A stretch of 64,000 bases of DNA, from positions 96,001 through 160,000 of the IMG/VR virus record IMGVR_UViG_3300033463_000005, one strand, 5' to 3'. A program made the position numbers and the translations under genes. The stretch is from a virus. Lineage: Duplodnaviria > Caudoviricetes. The number at the start of each line of letters is the position of its first letter. The first letter of the stretch is position 1. Shown here one piece after another: positions 8,683 through 19,486 of this stretch. The notes below the pieces were generated by a model. That model was not told the origin of the DNA. It made no database searches and worked only from the letters and a program-made list of their open reading frames with translations.

Positions 8683-10971
8683 TTACTGACCACCGTTGCT
8701 GTCCTTGCTGTAGTACTTGTTAGCCTGGAATGCAGGTGCAACGCCAGTAACAGCGGTGCGCTCGCCTTCCTCGGTATCAGCAACATAGTAGGTGCTGTAC
8801 GTGGTAGCCCAATCAGCAGGCTCGGTCTGAATTGCAGAACCACCGGTTGCAGCAGTGAAGTAGAACTTCGTGGTGTCGAATACCGGAGCAACTGCAGTAA
8901 CAGCAACCATCTCAGTCTGAGCATCGTTCAGCTGATAGTAGGTGTTGTAAGTAGTAGCCCAGTTTGCAGGCTCATTCTCAAGAACCGTATAGCCTTCGGT
9001 CGGATCAACCGGAGTCGGGCCAGGAGGAGTTGTACCACCGACCAGACCAGCGTTGGAATCCGGAACGAGGACAGAGTTCTTGCAGATCACGCGACCCTGG
9101 ATACCCTGGATTGCGATGGTCTTGTACTGGGAAGAAGTGGTGACGATAATTGCTGCACCGCCCGGATTCTGTGCATCAGCATAAGCTGCATTCTCCGGAG
9201 AGTTGGTGAGGTGACGTGCGAAGCGGAGGTGCTTGTAGGAGATGTGGAACTTATCCATCGGATATGCCACGATCTTGAAGAAGTACTCGCGAGAGACGTC
9301 GCCTTCCTGTGCACCCTTCTGGTATGCAGGAATGGTGATGTAAGCATCAACACGGTTGGAAGAAACAACACGAATCGGCACATCAGTATCAGTCAGGACA
9401 CCGAATGCGTGGTTCATGGTCACGCCACCGATCTCAGTGCTCTTCTGAACAGTCCAAGTGGTGAACTTGTTGAGAAGACGTGCTGCCTTCGGGTTCGCAT
9501 AGATGACGAAGCCGAGGTTGTCGAGCTTACCACGATCGCAGAGCTCGTAGATAACGGTTGCGATTGCGTTGTTGATCGCGTTGGTTCTGTACTCCCAAGG
9601 ATCGCCAGCGAAGCTCGGGGAGATAGCAGTCGGATCGAGATCAATGTACTCGGTGCAGGTGTAGGACTCGAGTGCGAAGACATCGGTGTCAACACCATCG
9701 TACTTGTCGAACTCCTCATCGAGGAACTCGAGAATGTACTCATCCTCGAACATCTCCTGTGCGGTGACGAGCTCTTGGACGAGACGGTTGTAGAGGTTGA
9801 AGTTCAGTGAAGCATTAGCCTCAGCAAAGTCCTCAACAGTGAACGGGAGCTGGAAGCGAACGCCGTCAGAGATGAGGAACTTACGGATTTCCGGATACTC
9901 ACGGAAACCGATTGTTCTCAGGTTGGTCTCATTGGAGACGTGACCAGAGACATAGATACCGGTGATGGAACCGCAAGAGGTAGCGGTCACAGTACCCTTG
10001 ATGAAGTCGATGACACCAGAGAGACGATCAGAGACATTGTTGATGACCTCACCGGTTGCCTTGTTCGTGGTCGGATCAACAACAGTCAGCTTCTGACCCT
10101 CGGTGATACCGCCATTGAGGAACACACCACCGGTCTGAATGTCGATCTGAATACCACCGTTCGGGAGCTTCACCTTCTTACCATCGATCTGGACATACTG
10201 GATGCCGAAATCATAGGATAGACGAGTGCGAACGTTCGGAGTGATCGTGGTCGGATCACCATTGTCATCAAGCAGCCAGTTGAACAGAGAGTACTTCTTG
10301 TTCGTAGCAGCCTGAATGGTAGCGAGAGGAAGAACGGTCTTGTCGTTGAGACGGAGGCCCTTACCTGCATTCCACAGTTTCTTCCACAGCGGTTGTCCAT
10401 CCTCATCCTTCTGGAAGTAGATAGCCGGGGTCTCATACTCCTCACCAGTCTGGTTGTTGACCAGATACTTGATGAAGATTCTCTGCTCGATGTTCACAGA
10501 GGAAGCTGTCTGAACAGGAATGATATCTTTACCGAGGAAGCGGATGTACTGCTTAATCAGAGCCGGGAAGTCCAGAGTAGAAAGCGGCAGATAGTTTGCC
10601 ACGTTGTAAGACTCCTGGATCAGGAAGGATTGCTTGGAAGCATCCCATGCATTCTCCAGCTGATCAGCAACCTGCTCGAGGTGAACTCTTTCAGCCTCAG
10701 TAGTAACAGGATACTCACGGATATCCTTCAGAATCGGATCAAGCAAGAGTGTCTTGTACTCAAGCATGACTTCCTTAGAATCCATCATACGCTTTGCATC
10801 ACGCATGACATCAACTTTGGCTCTATCTTTCATGAGACCGACAACATTTTCAAAATGCTCGTCAAAGCCATCACGAAGACCACTCAGCTCAGATGCAGAA
10901 GCAGAGTTGACAAGATTCTGCTGCTCCTGGAACCAGGTGTTATGGGAATCCGACGTACGTCTGAATGCCAT
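8683..10971 (-). CDS. Major capsid protein with cleaved N-terminal region and C-terminal repeat extension
   Basis: 762 aa; strongest C-ending codon bias in the window; FLIQE/SY site followed by FPALIKQYIRFLGKDIIPVQT, resembling the start of mature T4 gp23-type capsid proteins; near the protease. Confidence 0.8.
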   Translation of the reverse strand: MAFRRTSDSHNTWFQEQQNLVNSASASELSGLRDGFDEHFENVVGLMKDRAKVDVMRDAKRMMDSKEVMLEYKTLLLDPILKDIREYPVTTEAERVHLEQVADQLENAWDASKQSFLIQESYNVANYLPLSTLDFPALIKQYIRFLGKDIIPVQTASSVNIEQRIFIKYLVNNQTGEEYETPAIYFQKDEDGQPLWKKLWNAGKGLRLNDKTVLPLATIQAATNKKYSLFNWLLDDNGDPTTITPNVRTRLSYDFGIQYVQIDGKKVKLPNGGIQIDIQTGGVFLNGGITEGQKLTVVDPTTNKATGEVINNVSDRLSGVIDFIKGTVTATSCGSITGIYVSGHVSNETNLRTIGFREYPEIRKFLISDGVRFQLPFTVEDFAEANASLNFNLYNRLVQELVTAQEMFEDEYILEFLDEEFDKYDGVDTDVFALESYTCTEYIDLDPTAISPSFAGDPWEYRTNAINNAIATVIYELCDRGKLDNLGFVIYANPKAARLLNKFTTWTVQKSTEIGGVTMNHAFGVLTDTDVPIRVVSSNRVDAYITIPAYQKGAQEGDVSREYFFKIVAYPMDKFHISYKHLRFARHLTNSPENAAYADAQNPGGAAIIVTTSSQYKTIAIQGIQGRVICKNSVLVPDSNAGLVGGTTPPGPTPVDPTEGYTVLENEPANWATTYNTYYQLNDAQTEMVAVTAVAPVFDTTKFYFTAATGGSAIQTEPADWATTYSTYYVADTEEGERTAVTGVAPAFQANKYYSKDSNGGQ

Positions 10972-11024
10972 AAGAAAACAACTCCTTTATTTTTTGGATT
11001 TTAATGTGAGAGACCTTGTCTCTT

Positions 11025-11612
11025 TCATTCGGAATCTTTTTGAAACTTCTTCAATACCGAATCGATTTCATCTTGCAACAAGGTGTACAAAGTTGTGAGT
11101 TTCTGATAGTATAGCAGATTCTCACCATAGCTCAGATTCACAAACTTGTTCAAGACATAGTCTTGTGCATTTGTGAGAGCACGTCTCAACCGATTGATTG
11201 AATTGTCGTTTAATGCGACAACGTCATACGGAAGTAATGGAATGATAGCTTGAAGGTTTTCCAGAGTCTCTTCAATTTCAGAGTTCTTATCCAACATCTG
11301 TTGATACAACTGCTGATTCAGAACATCGTTTGCTTTTTGAGACAATGTATCAGGTTTCTCTTGACTGTCGTCATTCGATTCACCCTGATCACCACCAATG
11401 TCACCCTCATCACCTCCGGTTCCATCGAAGCTTAAATCCTCCATATCGGTTGGCTCTGGAGGAAGATCGGCTCCCATGTCAGCCGGTGGTTGTTCGCCTG
11501 TTTGACCTTGTTGCTGATCATCTATATTGGGTTCAGGTTCTTCAGTCGGAGCGAAAGGCTCCATCAAATCACCTTCAGCTTCCATTATAGCGTAGAACAA
11601 GTTCTTTTGCAT
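11025..11612 (-). CDS. Acidic, likely scaffold/head protein
   Basis: IME/AE site, acidic disordered N-half, helical C-half, directly upstream of the capsid gene. Confidence 0.5.
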   Translation of the reverse strand: MQKNLFYAIMEAEGDLMEPFAPTEEPEPNIDDQQQGQTGEQPPADMGADLPPEPTDMEDLSFDGTGGDEGDIGGDQGESNDDSQEKPDTLSQKANDVLNQQLYQQMLDKNSEIEETLENLQAIIPLLPYDVVALNDNSINRLRRALTNAQDYVLNKFVNLSYGENLLYYQKLTTLYTLLQDEIDSVLKKFQKDSE

Positions 11613-11636
11613 TCGAAACAATCACCTTCTTTCGTG

Positions 11637-14600
11637 TTAGTAAACCGATTTAGACGTAGCAAATTTCCGTTTTTGAGCATCAGCAGACATTGATACCAAC
11701 TTTGCACGCATGCGCATCAGTTGATACAATTCTTTCTGTTGTTCCGGAGATTGCTTTTCACCATAATAATTATGGGATTTCAGATTTTCAATCTTCTGAT
11801 CAATGATTTGAATCTCGGTTGCAATTTCATCATTCGCTTCTTTGCGCAACCGTTCACGGTCTGCTAATTTCAGACCCTGTACGCCAAGATATGTTGCACC
11901 AAGAAACGGAGAAACGGCAGTAAACAGAGCAAATTTTCCAGTCTTCAATGCAAGTCTCGCAACCTTAAAGAGTGCGGATCTGTATGAAGGATTTTCAACC
12001 AACTCTGCTTTGACACGATCTTCATCTCGTTTGACAAAAGAATCGACCATCTTACGAAGCCATAATTTGGTTCTTCCAATCGGTTTGACAATTGCTCTTG
12101 CGGTATTTCCAACTTTTTGTACACCGCGTTTTGCTTTCTGGTGTAGAGAAAGCATGGCCATGTCAGCATCCTGTAATGTTGTTGACAAAGGTACTGACGG
12201 AGGAGTACCAGCATCCGATTCGACAAATAGGGGCTCTTTAGAATCCAAAAGTGCGAACACTTCCTGAACACTCTTTCCATTGGAAAAAGTATCAGGTGAT
12301 TCCTTAGAATTTGAAGAAGGCCTGGTATTATCATAATTGTTTGATGCTTTATTACGTCCAGCATGATTTGTCCGTTTATTGGACGACAAATCGTTTGTCG
12401 TAACTGTTGTCGTAGTGGTTTTACCAGAGGACAAATCATTTGTGGTGGTTGTGTTGTGGGAGTTTGTATTGTAAGTGATATTGTAAATCACCTGACCCGC
12501 ACCACCATGTGAAGGATTCTTGATGTCACCTTTGTAACCAGAGCCGAGCATATCACCAATCGATTCCGCATCTGGTGTATTCAAACGTGCTTGAATGGAA
12601 TCTGCCAAATCATCGAAATCATTTGTCGGAACATCCGGTGGAAGTTGAACATCAAGCGGAGAAGATGGATCACTGGTAGAATCATTCGATTGATCCGATG
12701 GTTTGTCATCAGACAGATTGATGCGTTCCTTCATATAGGTTGGAATGTCACCAAGTTCTTGCTCTTGAATAGATTCATCTTCTTCAACTTCTTCTGTTTC
12801 AGTGTCTTCTTCAACCGGCTCTTCTTCATCTTCATCTTCATCAGAATCAACCGGATGACCAAACACGGGCTTTCCCTCCCAATCATCCAGATGATCCAAA
12901 AGCATCTCGATATTATTCCAGAAAGGTTTGATATCGGATTTCAGAACATTTTCGATTTCGAATGGATTATCCGAGAACATGATAGAACCGTCATTGACAT
13001 TCAAATACAAACATTTGATTTGCTCTTCAATGTCATCCGGCATATCCATATCAGGATCATCAAACGGATACCATTCTGCAAACATCAGTAATCCGTTCTG
13101 AACCATGACTTTACCGATCTCGGTGTTCTGCAATGCAGCCAACATATCGGCGAATGAGAAAACATTACCAAGCATTCCACCGTTATCACATTTGATCAGT
13201 TTTCCATGCTTCGGTGGATGGTTGATGAACTCGATGAATTCTTTCGGGAGATGTTCGCCAAGTTTCTTTTCGATCTGATTGATCTTCTTCCGTTTAGACT
13301 TCTCTTTCAGCTTTGCAATGAAACCTTCTTGAATCGGCTCATCAAACAATTGATACGATTCACCAATGTATTGATCAATCTTAATTGGGGATGAGCCCTT
13401 GTTATATAGAGCATCACCAATGGAAGCAATGTCCTGGTATACAGCTTCCATGAACGCATCACAATACTTCATGTCGGACAATGACATGTCACCCAACAGT
13501 TTCATCGTATCCAAAGCGTATTCTGTCACCTGATCAGAGGTCTCAACAACATCGGTTGTTTTGGTTTGCTTCTGATACGGGTTGGCAGAACGGGAGTTCT
13601 GATTGATTCTGGCACGAATCTTTTTCACAAATCCATCCTCTGTCGGATAATCTTTTTCCTTCACATCGTCCGGAAGGAGATTATAAAGGATATCAAAATA
13701 GATACGAGAATCGAAAATGTTGAACAATGTCAAAATCGTGTTGTTTGAAATCGTAGCATTCTCTTGATTCGCCAGATTCAATTTCATGAAATCTTCGATG
13801 AAGCGAATGGTTCCCTCTTTATCAATTTTGAATGTTGTGAAAATATCGTAACGTCCGAATCTCTTGGCTCCGTTATTCTTTCGAATAATGGAAGAGTATG
13901 ATTTTGCATAATCCTTGAATGCAGGATGTTGCGTAACTTTGATGTCCCATTTGTTCTTCTTCATTGTGAAGATGTTTGCATAAATGAACGGCATCACATT
14001 ATCCGCAAACATTGTCACATCCGATTCCGGAATAGAAGAAAAATATGATGCAAGATCATCCGTATTATCACATTCACGAAGCTTCTTCAATAATGCATTC
14101 ACCCGGGATTCCAGTTGTCTAGAAATCTTCCATTTCTTTGACTTGGAATCATAAGTAACGTGCTCCGGTTTCTTCTCCGTGAAATAATTCACTGCAGCAG
14201 CTTCCTGAACAGTTTCATCAATGACGATTTCACAATCCTGGAGATCGGTGAAAGATTCGAAACGCTGTTTCTCGGTATCTTCCATCATGTCCTCGGGAAG
14301 TTTGATTTGATCATTTTCGAAGATGGATTGTACATAATCCGCACCATCGAACAGTTTATATTCGCCGGGGAATTTTGCAATGGAATCCAACTCCGGAACA
14401 GGGATCGGTGCGGTGAACAGTTGGATTGCTTCACGATACTTCGATGGAGTTGTGAACAACTCAAATGAATAGATACCGTTCAACAAGTCTTCAAACTGAT
14501 TGAAATTGTTTGCGATATATTGCAGCACTTTGAAGCCGACAAATGCGTGTAGATGATCCTGTGCAACCTGATTGGATCCATTCAGAATTGCAAACCATGG

Positions 14601-15455
14601 ATCATTCTGTGCAACTGATACGAGTTCTTCCGCAGCTTCTTGCACTGGTTCATCTTCCAACTTTCGCAATCCATCATAAATATCATCACAGAATTTATAC
14701 AATACTTCGATACATTTTTCAACTTCTGCTTTAACTGTTGCGATGCCACCTTCGATATTTTCAAAATATGTTTCTTTATCCTCGGCGACACTCTGATCCA
14801 TCCATTTTGAGAATCTATTTTGAAATTCATTCAAAGATGTGGATGCTTCATCATAAATATTGGGGAATCTCTTGTACAGCGGAGACTGAACTTTGATACA
14901 ATCATCAATCCGTTTACAGAGTTCCTTCAGATAATCGATAAAATCAAACAGAACTGACCCGGCACCCAATTCAAAGTTTTCCGGATCCCATTGATCATCA
15001 AACGAATCGTCGGTCTTTCCATCGAATCGTGCAGCAAACCAACCAACACCCGTATCAAGTAAATCAAATAATTTTTGATCTGCCGGAGTGTTCTTTTCAT
15101 ACTTACGATTTTTGATATGCTGTCTGATACCGCTGACAATGTTTGCCAATGCAAATAGTGCCGCCGTGATGCCCATCGCGGCCCCAATAACACCTTCCTG
15201 TTGCACTTCGGGTTTTTCACCAATTGTTTCACGAAGACCATTCAATGCATCCATCGCTTTTTGCGGATTATCAACCCATTCTGGTTCGATATTATCCAAC
15301 CATGAAATTGTACGAGAGATAATCCGATCCAATTGAAATTCATCATTCACAACCGGAAATGCTTTTGTCTTGAAACTGGATGCAAAAAATTTGTTCATCG
15401 CATCAATTGCAACTTTGATATTGTCAAAGTATGTCTTCTTAATGACAATTTGCAT
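11637..15455 (-). CDS. Large multi-segment internal head protein with many xQE sites and an embedded SMI1/KNR4 (SUKH)-like domain
   Basis: Sites QQEGV, VQEAA x2, IQEGF, IQEQE, VQEVF; segment IEKKLGEHLPKEFIEF...LYLNVNDGSI. Confidence 0.65.
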   Translation of the reverse strand: MQIVIKKTYFDNIKVAIDAMNKFFASSFKTKAFPVVNDEFQLDRIISRTISWLDNIEPEWVDNPQKAMDALNGLRETIGEKPEVQQEGVIGAAMGITAALFALANIVSGIRQHIKNRKYEKNTPADQKLFDLLDTGVGWFAARFDGKTDDSFDDQWDPENFELGAGSVLFDFIDYLKELCKRIDDCIKVQSPLYKRFPNIYDEASTSLNEFQNRFSKWMDQSVAEDKETYFENIEGGIATVKAEVEKCIEVLYKFCDDIYDGLRKLEDEPVQEAAEELVSVAQNDPWFAILNGSNQVAQDHLHAFVGFKVLQYIANNFNQFEDLLNGIYSFELFTTPSKYREAIQLFTAPIPVPELDSIAKFPGEYKLFDGADYVQSIFENDQIKLPEDMMEDTEKQRFESFTDLQDCEIVIDETVQEAAAVNYFTEKKPEHVTYDSKSKKWKISRQLESRVNALLKKLRECDNTDDLASYFSSIPESDVTMFADNVMPFIYANIFTMKKNKWDIKVTQHPAFKDYAKSYSSIIRKNNGAKRFGRYDIFTTFKIDKEGTIRFIEDFMKLNLANQENATISNNTILTLFNIFDSRIYFDILYNLLPDDVKEKDYPTEDGFVKKIRARINQNSRSANPYQKQTKTTDVVETSDQVTEYALDTMKLLGDMSLSDMKYCDAFMEAVYQDIASIGDALYNKGSSPIKIDQYIGESYQLFDEPIQEGFIAKLKEKSKRKKINQIEKKLGEHLPKEFIEFINHPPKHGKLIKCDNGGMLGNVFSFADMLAALQNTEIGKVMVQNGLLMFAEWYPFDDPDMDMPDDIEEQIKCLYLNVNDGSIMFSDNPFEIENVLKSDIKPFWNNIEMLLDHLDDWEGKPVFGHPVDSDEDEDEEEPVEEDTETEEVEEDESIQEQELGDIPTYMKERINLSDDKPSDQSNDSTSDPSSPLDVQLPPDVPTNDFDDLADSIQARLNTPDAESIGDMLGSGYKGDIKNPSHGGAGQVIYNITYNTNSHNTTTTNDLSSGKTTTTTVTTNDLSSNKRTNHAGRNKASNNYDNTRPSSNSKESPDTFSNGKSVQEVFALLDSKEPLFVESDAGTPPSVPLSTTLQDADMAMLSLHQKAKRGVQKVGNTARAIVKPIGRTKLWLRKMVDSFVKRDEDRVKAELVENPSYRSALFKVARLALKTGKFALFTAVSPFLGATYLGVQGLKLADRERLRKEANDEIATEIQIIDQKIENLKSHNYYGEKQSPEQQKELYQLMRMRAKLVSMSADAQKRKFATSKSVY

Positions 15456-15501
15456 ATGGGAAACTCCTTTCAATTATTTTACCTGAACAATATGAATGAA
15501 G

Positions 15502-15525
15502 TATGGGGCGCATATGCGCCCCATA
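15502..15525. repeat. Perfect palindrome, GCATATGC-core family (terminator-like)
   Basis: TATGGGGCGCATATGCGCCCCATA. Confidence 0.85.
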
Positions 15526-15565
15526 ATCATATTCATAATTCATGGTTAATCTTCTGTCGAATTAT

Positions 15566-16672
15566 TTATGCATTCAACACGTCGCGTTTGATTTCTTTCA
15601 TTGTATCTTTTCTCATAGCCTTTTTCACTTCATCAACAGAATCTGCAATTTTATCAACTGCGGTACTGAACATGCCGACATGTCTTGCTAACTCAAGCAT
15701 TGTGTTGGAAAATGTTTCAATGTCAAAATCAAAACCGGTGTGGTTCATCTTTTTCTGCAATTCTTGTTGTGCAGCCAAATCTTTCACACGATTTTTGTAC
15801 AGATCTTCGGAGAATTTTCCATAAGCCACGCGTTCACCTTGCTTTGCTGAAATAGATAACCAGAAATGTGATCCACCCATAGAACGAATCGATTCCATGT
15901 TACTTTTTATATCATTGAGACGGTCTGTAATACCGCCACTCGGGTTTACGAAACGCCATACTTCATTCAACTGCAATTGCATTCTTCGACCCACATGGCC
16001 GTCAATTTCTTTCATTTTTTCATATGTTTTCTTTATTGTATTATTGATGTTATCAACACCGGATTTCATATTCATGTCCAAATATGAATGCATTTGCGTA
16101 ATTGTACTCAACAATGTATATGCGACACGAGAAAGTTCATCAATCCATTTTTCAAAATCTGGTTCTGTGAAGAAACTCGTGCCATCTTTATCGGATTGAT
16201 AGCAATACACGTCATACAGACTAACCGATATAATATAATAATTGTTATTATCCGGGTCACTCGCAATATCAAAAGATAAATCCGAAGCATATACTCCACC
16301 CGGTGTGATATTTTTTGCTTTTAGAAAATCTTCAGCTTCTTTCCGATTGTTAAATCGTGCAGACCGCAATTCTTTTTCTAGATATTTGGAATCAGTGTCA
16401 CGAAGACGTTTTCTTTTAAATTGTGTAACAATTCTTACGATCATTCTGATAATCTTTGCAATTAATCTTGGAATGAACATTGCGATCTTTTCAAGAATAG
16501 ATTCTCCTTCTTTTCCTTTGATTGGTGCATTTATTTCATCCATGAATCCTTCTTGGATTAACTGTGCTTCTTTCATGTATACATTCATAAGAGAAGTCAT
16601 CACATCCAATTCGGATGATTCTGTAATAACATCAATATTATCAATCATACACAACAAATCCATGCAACCCAT
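15566..16672 (-). CDS. Internal head protein family member
   Basis: LLCMIDNIDVITESSELDVM..YMK..IQE/G, then GESILEKIAMFIPRL. Confidence 0.7.
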   Translation of the reverse strand: MGCMDLLCMIDNIDVITESSELDVMTSLMNVYMKEAQLIQEGFMDEINAPIKGKEGESILEKIAMFIPRLIAKIIRMIVRIVTQFKRKRLRDTDSKYLEKELRSARFNNRKEAEDFLKAKNITPGGVYASDLSFDIASDPDNNNYYIISVSLYDVYCYQSDKDGTSFFTEPDFEKWIDELSRVAYTLLSTITQMHSYLDMNMKSGVDNINNTIKKTYEKMKEIDGHVGRRMQLQLNEVWRFVNPSGGITDRLNDIKSNMESIRSMGGSHFWLSISAKQGERVAYGKFSEDLYKNRVKDLAAQQELQKKMNHTGFDFDIETFSNTMLELARHVGMFSTAVDKIADSVDEVKKAMRKDTMKEIKRDVLNA

Positions 16673-16673
16673 A

Positions 16674-17693
16674 TTACCACCTCAAATCATTTTCGTCAGC
16701 AACCTTGTAATCAACGACATCAACAATCTTGTTTGATTCACATTGTTTCACATAGTATTCCAAAGCATCGAACCACACTACATGTGACTTGATACTTGTC
16801 GAGATGTATTTCAACAAATCATTTCCGAATGATTTGAGAGATCCCATATCATATGTGATCAGATTAATGTATTCAGAAGCATGATCTCCATACAATGCAT
16901 TTCGTTTATGTTTTGAAGCACCTCTTCGACGAACAACATCCATGATTGCATTTGATGCAGTTGAAAACAAAGTTGATGCACGTGCAATATTTTTATTTGA
17001 TGTCGACAATATTTTCAGATAATGATCCAAAGCGATATCATTGCATTCATATTTACAATATTTAGAAATGAATCTCTGTAGATCGGTATCGCTTTGAATC
17101 TTATCAAATTCGGTTTTTGTAAAGTGTTTTTCAAATGATTTCATTCTATTTGCTATTTGATCAAATGTTGATTTCGTTGGGGTTTGTTGTTTCAGATACG
17201 TATCAGATGCCAATCGTGTTGATGTATCCAATGCAAGATCCAAAATTGATTTCGCCAATTCATTCATATTCTCTTTTTCAGATTTAATATCTCGGAATAT
17301 GCACGGAATATGATCCGAAATCTTTCGACCGAATTTATCAACAACGTCATTCTTTCGAAGCATCTGCACAATTTTACGTGATGAAAATTTAAATGCGATT
17401 CTTCTGATTAAATCTGCGATACGTTTAAAAATGTTTTTGATCAATTCAACCATATTGATGATGAATGAAACCGGACGTGAATTCTTGACCATTGTTTTTA
17501 TGTCTGGATCAATCCCATCACTGATTTTTCCTTCTTGAATAATCAGGTCGGTTGTATCATCAAGATCATATTGCTCGGAAATCGTATCATACTTGATGTA
17601 TGTATCAAGAAGAGATGTCAATACATCCAATTCAGAGAATATACTCTGCTCTTGTACAACGTCAATATATTGCAATAATTCATTTTGATACAT
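16674..17693 (-). CDS. Internal head protein family member
   Basis: LLQYIDVVQEQSIFSELDVL..YIK..IIQE/G, then amphipathic helix. Confidence 0.7.
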   Translation of the reverse strand: MYQNELLQYIDVVQEQSIFSELDVLTSLLDTYIKYDTISEQYDLDDTTDLIIQEGKISDGIDPDIKTMVKNSRPVSFIINMVELIKNIFKRIADLIRRIAFKFSSRKIVQMLRKNDVVDKFGRKISDHIPCIFRDIKSEKENMNELAKSILDLALDTSTRLASDTYLKQQTPTKSTFDQIANRMKSFEKHFTKTEFDKIQSDTDLQRFISKYCKYECNDIALDHYLKILSTSNKNIARASTLFSTASNAIMDVVRRRGASKHKRNALYGDHASEYINLITYDMGSLKSFGNDLLKYISTSIKSHVVWFDALEYYVKQCESNKIVDVVDYKVADENDLRW

Positions 17694-17710
17694 CAGCTGT
17701 CACCAACCTT

Positions 17711-18616
17711 TTAAACTTCAGCTCTATTATCATCCGCTTCACCATGCTTGAAAACACTCATGTATTTCTCGGTGATTTTTGAAATAATCTGTGTTATTTG
17801 TGATAGATTCACAGATACAATCATTGCGTCGTTATTGATGCTGTCAGTTTTTTGTTTCAAATATTCATCAATGTCAACATCTTGTTCCATCGGTGCTTTT
17901 TTCAAAAACTCACCAGCATCTTTTTGCATCTCATTGGCTTGATACGTGACATTTTCCGCGATCTTCATACAGCTTTTAAGGTTTTCTTTACCTCGCTGAA
18001 TCACTCGAGCAAGTCTATGTTTTTCATTACCTGGATATGTTCTCGCAGTGAATATTGCATTGAAGCCCTCTTTATTTTCCCTATATTTATCAAGAGCGTT
18101 TTTTAGATCTCCAGTTTTTTCACTCATAGTAGAAAAATATGTCAAGAATTGAGCTGGTGTCGGTTGCTCATCTAATTCCATATAACGTAGGTTAATATAC
18201 AGAGTCCCTATAAAGTTATCAAATTCGTCATAATCAATCGGCAGTGATTCTCGAAAGAGCTCCGAATCCAATATATCGGGATCGTAAATTCCAGCCGTCA
18301 AATTGAGCATTGTACTGATTAATTTTACAATGATTCTCATGAATTTCATAATTAATCTCGGAATAAACATGAGAATCTTTTTAATTTTAGATTCGCCATA
18401 TTGACCTTTCAAAGGAGCATTTAAATCGTTAAAAATTTTTCCTTCTTGGAAGATGTCAAATGATGAAAGATCGGACGATTCATCAGCTTCTTGCAAAATA
18501 ACAACTGATTTTGAATAAGCGTTTAATAAGTCATTAATGACAGATAATTCAGACAATGTTGTTTGTTCCTGAATCTTGTCGACGTATTGCAATAACGATT
18601 CTTGCATGCATATCAC
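17711..18616 (-). CDS. Internal head protein family member
   Basis: LLQYVDKIQEQTTLSELSVI..YSK..IFQE/G, then GESKIKKILMFIPRL. Confidence 0.7.
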   Translation of the reverse strand: MICMQESLLQYVDKIQEQTTLSELSVINDLLNAYSKSVVILQEADESSDLSSFDIFQEGKIFNDLNAPLKGQYGESKIKKILMFIPRLIMKFMRIIVKLISTMLNLTAGIYDPDILDSELFRESLPIDYDEFDNFIGTLYINLRYMELDEQPTPAQFLTYFSTMSEKTGDLKNALDKYRENKEGFNAIFTARTYPGNEKHRLARVIQRGKENLKSCMKIAENVTYQANEMQKDAGEFLKKAPMEQDVDIDEYLKQKTDSINNDAMIVSVNLSQITQIISKITEKYMSVFKHGEADDNRAEV

Positions 18617-19467
18617 CTGCCATTCAGAAGAATATCAAGTGCCTCACGACGAATCTCACCACGAAGCGGAATGTGCATTCTGGAACCATCACACTGTTCA
18701 ACAATGATAGATTCATTTTGAATTCCCATCAATTCTTCTGGTGAAATCTGGAATGATTCGCAAACAACACGAAGATCTTCTGACTTCTCGGCACAATACT
18801 TTGCCAGTTCTTTCAGAAATACAACGGTACCTTCCTGATGAACTGTCGGCTGAATATCACCATCTGCATTTTCATGAGACGGGAAATCGACCATATCATA
18901 TGTGATAACTTTTGAAACACGCATATTCGGTTGGCCCATCGGAGCGGTCGGAATCATAGTTCCCAAGAGACGAACCGAGAATGATGGGACAGAGCCCATA
19001 TCGATGATTTCAACAGCTGCACCACGGCCAGTTTCGAATGCTGGGTCAGTTGTGATAATCGCACGATACCGGTCACCCTCCAAACGATTCTTTCGAATCA
19101 TATGAGAAGTGCGTGTTTGCTCCGGAATGTACATACGAATTTCGGACAAACGTTCACCGGCAATATCCGCATTCGGGTGGTTCAATTCACCACGCCATTT
19201 GTTCTGACAAATCAATGTTTGAATTCTTTCATCACCATCAATGACAGAAACAAGATTCATCGGATCATAACGACGTTTCATGCGGTTATAACAATTGAAT
19301 GTTTGAAGTGTTGCATCAAACTCAACATATGGTGCACCATTCGACGCACGGAACATTTTGTATCCACGTGGATCTACTTTGAATGATGGGATCTCTGCGT
19401 CTTGTGGTGCTTCTTGAACAAAACAAGCAGTTTCATACTTGTTTGTCTGTGTGCTTTTTAACGGCAT
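18613..19467 (-). CDS. Prohead (capsid maturation) protease, T4 gp21/phiKZ gp175-like
   Basis: GELNHP, SH, PSFSVR and VITYDMVDFPSH motifs; own FVQE/A and VHQE/G sites; start moved to the ATG after AAAGGAG. Confidence 0.85.
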   Translation of the reverse strand: MPLKSTQTNKYETACFVQEAPQDAEIPSFKVDPRGYKMFRASNGAPYVEFDATLQTFNCYNRMKRRYDPMNLVSVIDGDERIQTLICQNKWRGELNHPNADIAGERLSEIRMYIPEQTRTSHMIRKNRLEGDRYRAIITTDPAFETGRGAAVEIIDMGSVPSFSVRLLGTMIPTAPMGQPNMRVSKVITYDMVDFPSHENADGDIQPTVHQEGTVVFLKELAKYCAEKSEDLRVVCESFQISPEELMGIQNESIIVEQCDGSRMHIPLRGEIRREALDILLNGR

Positions 19468-19486
19468 ACAATTCATACTCCTTTCA

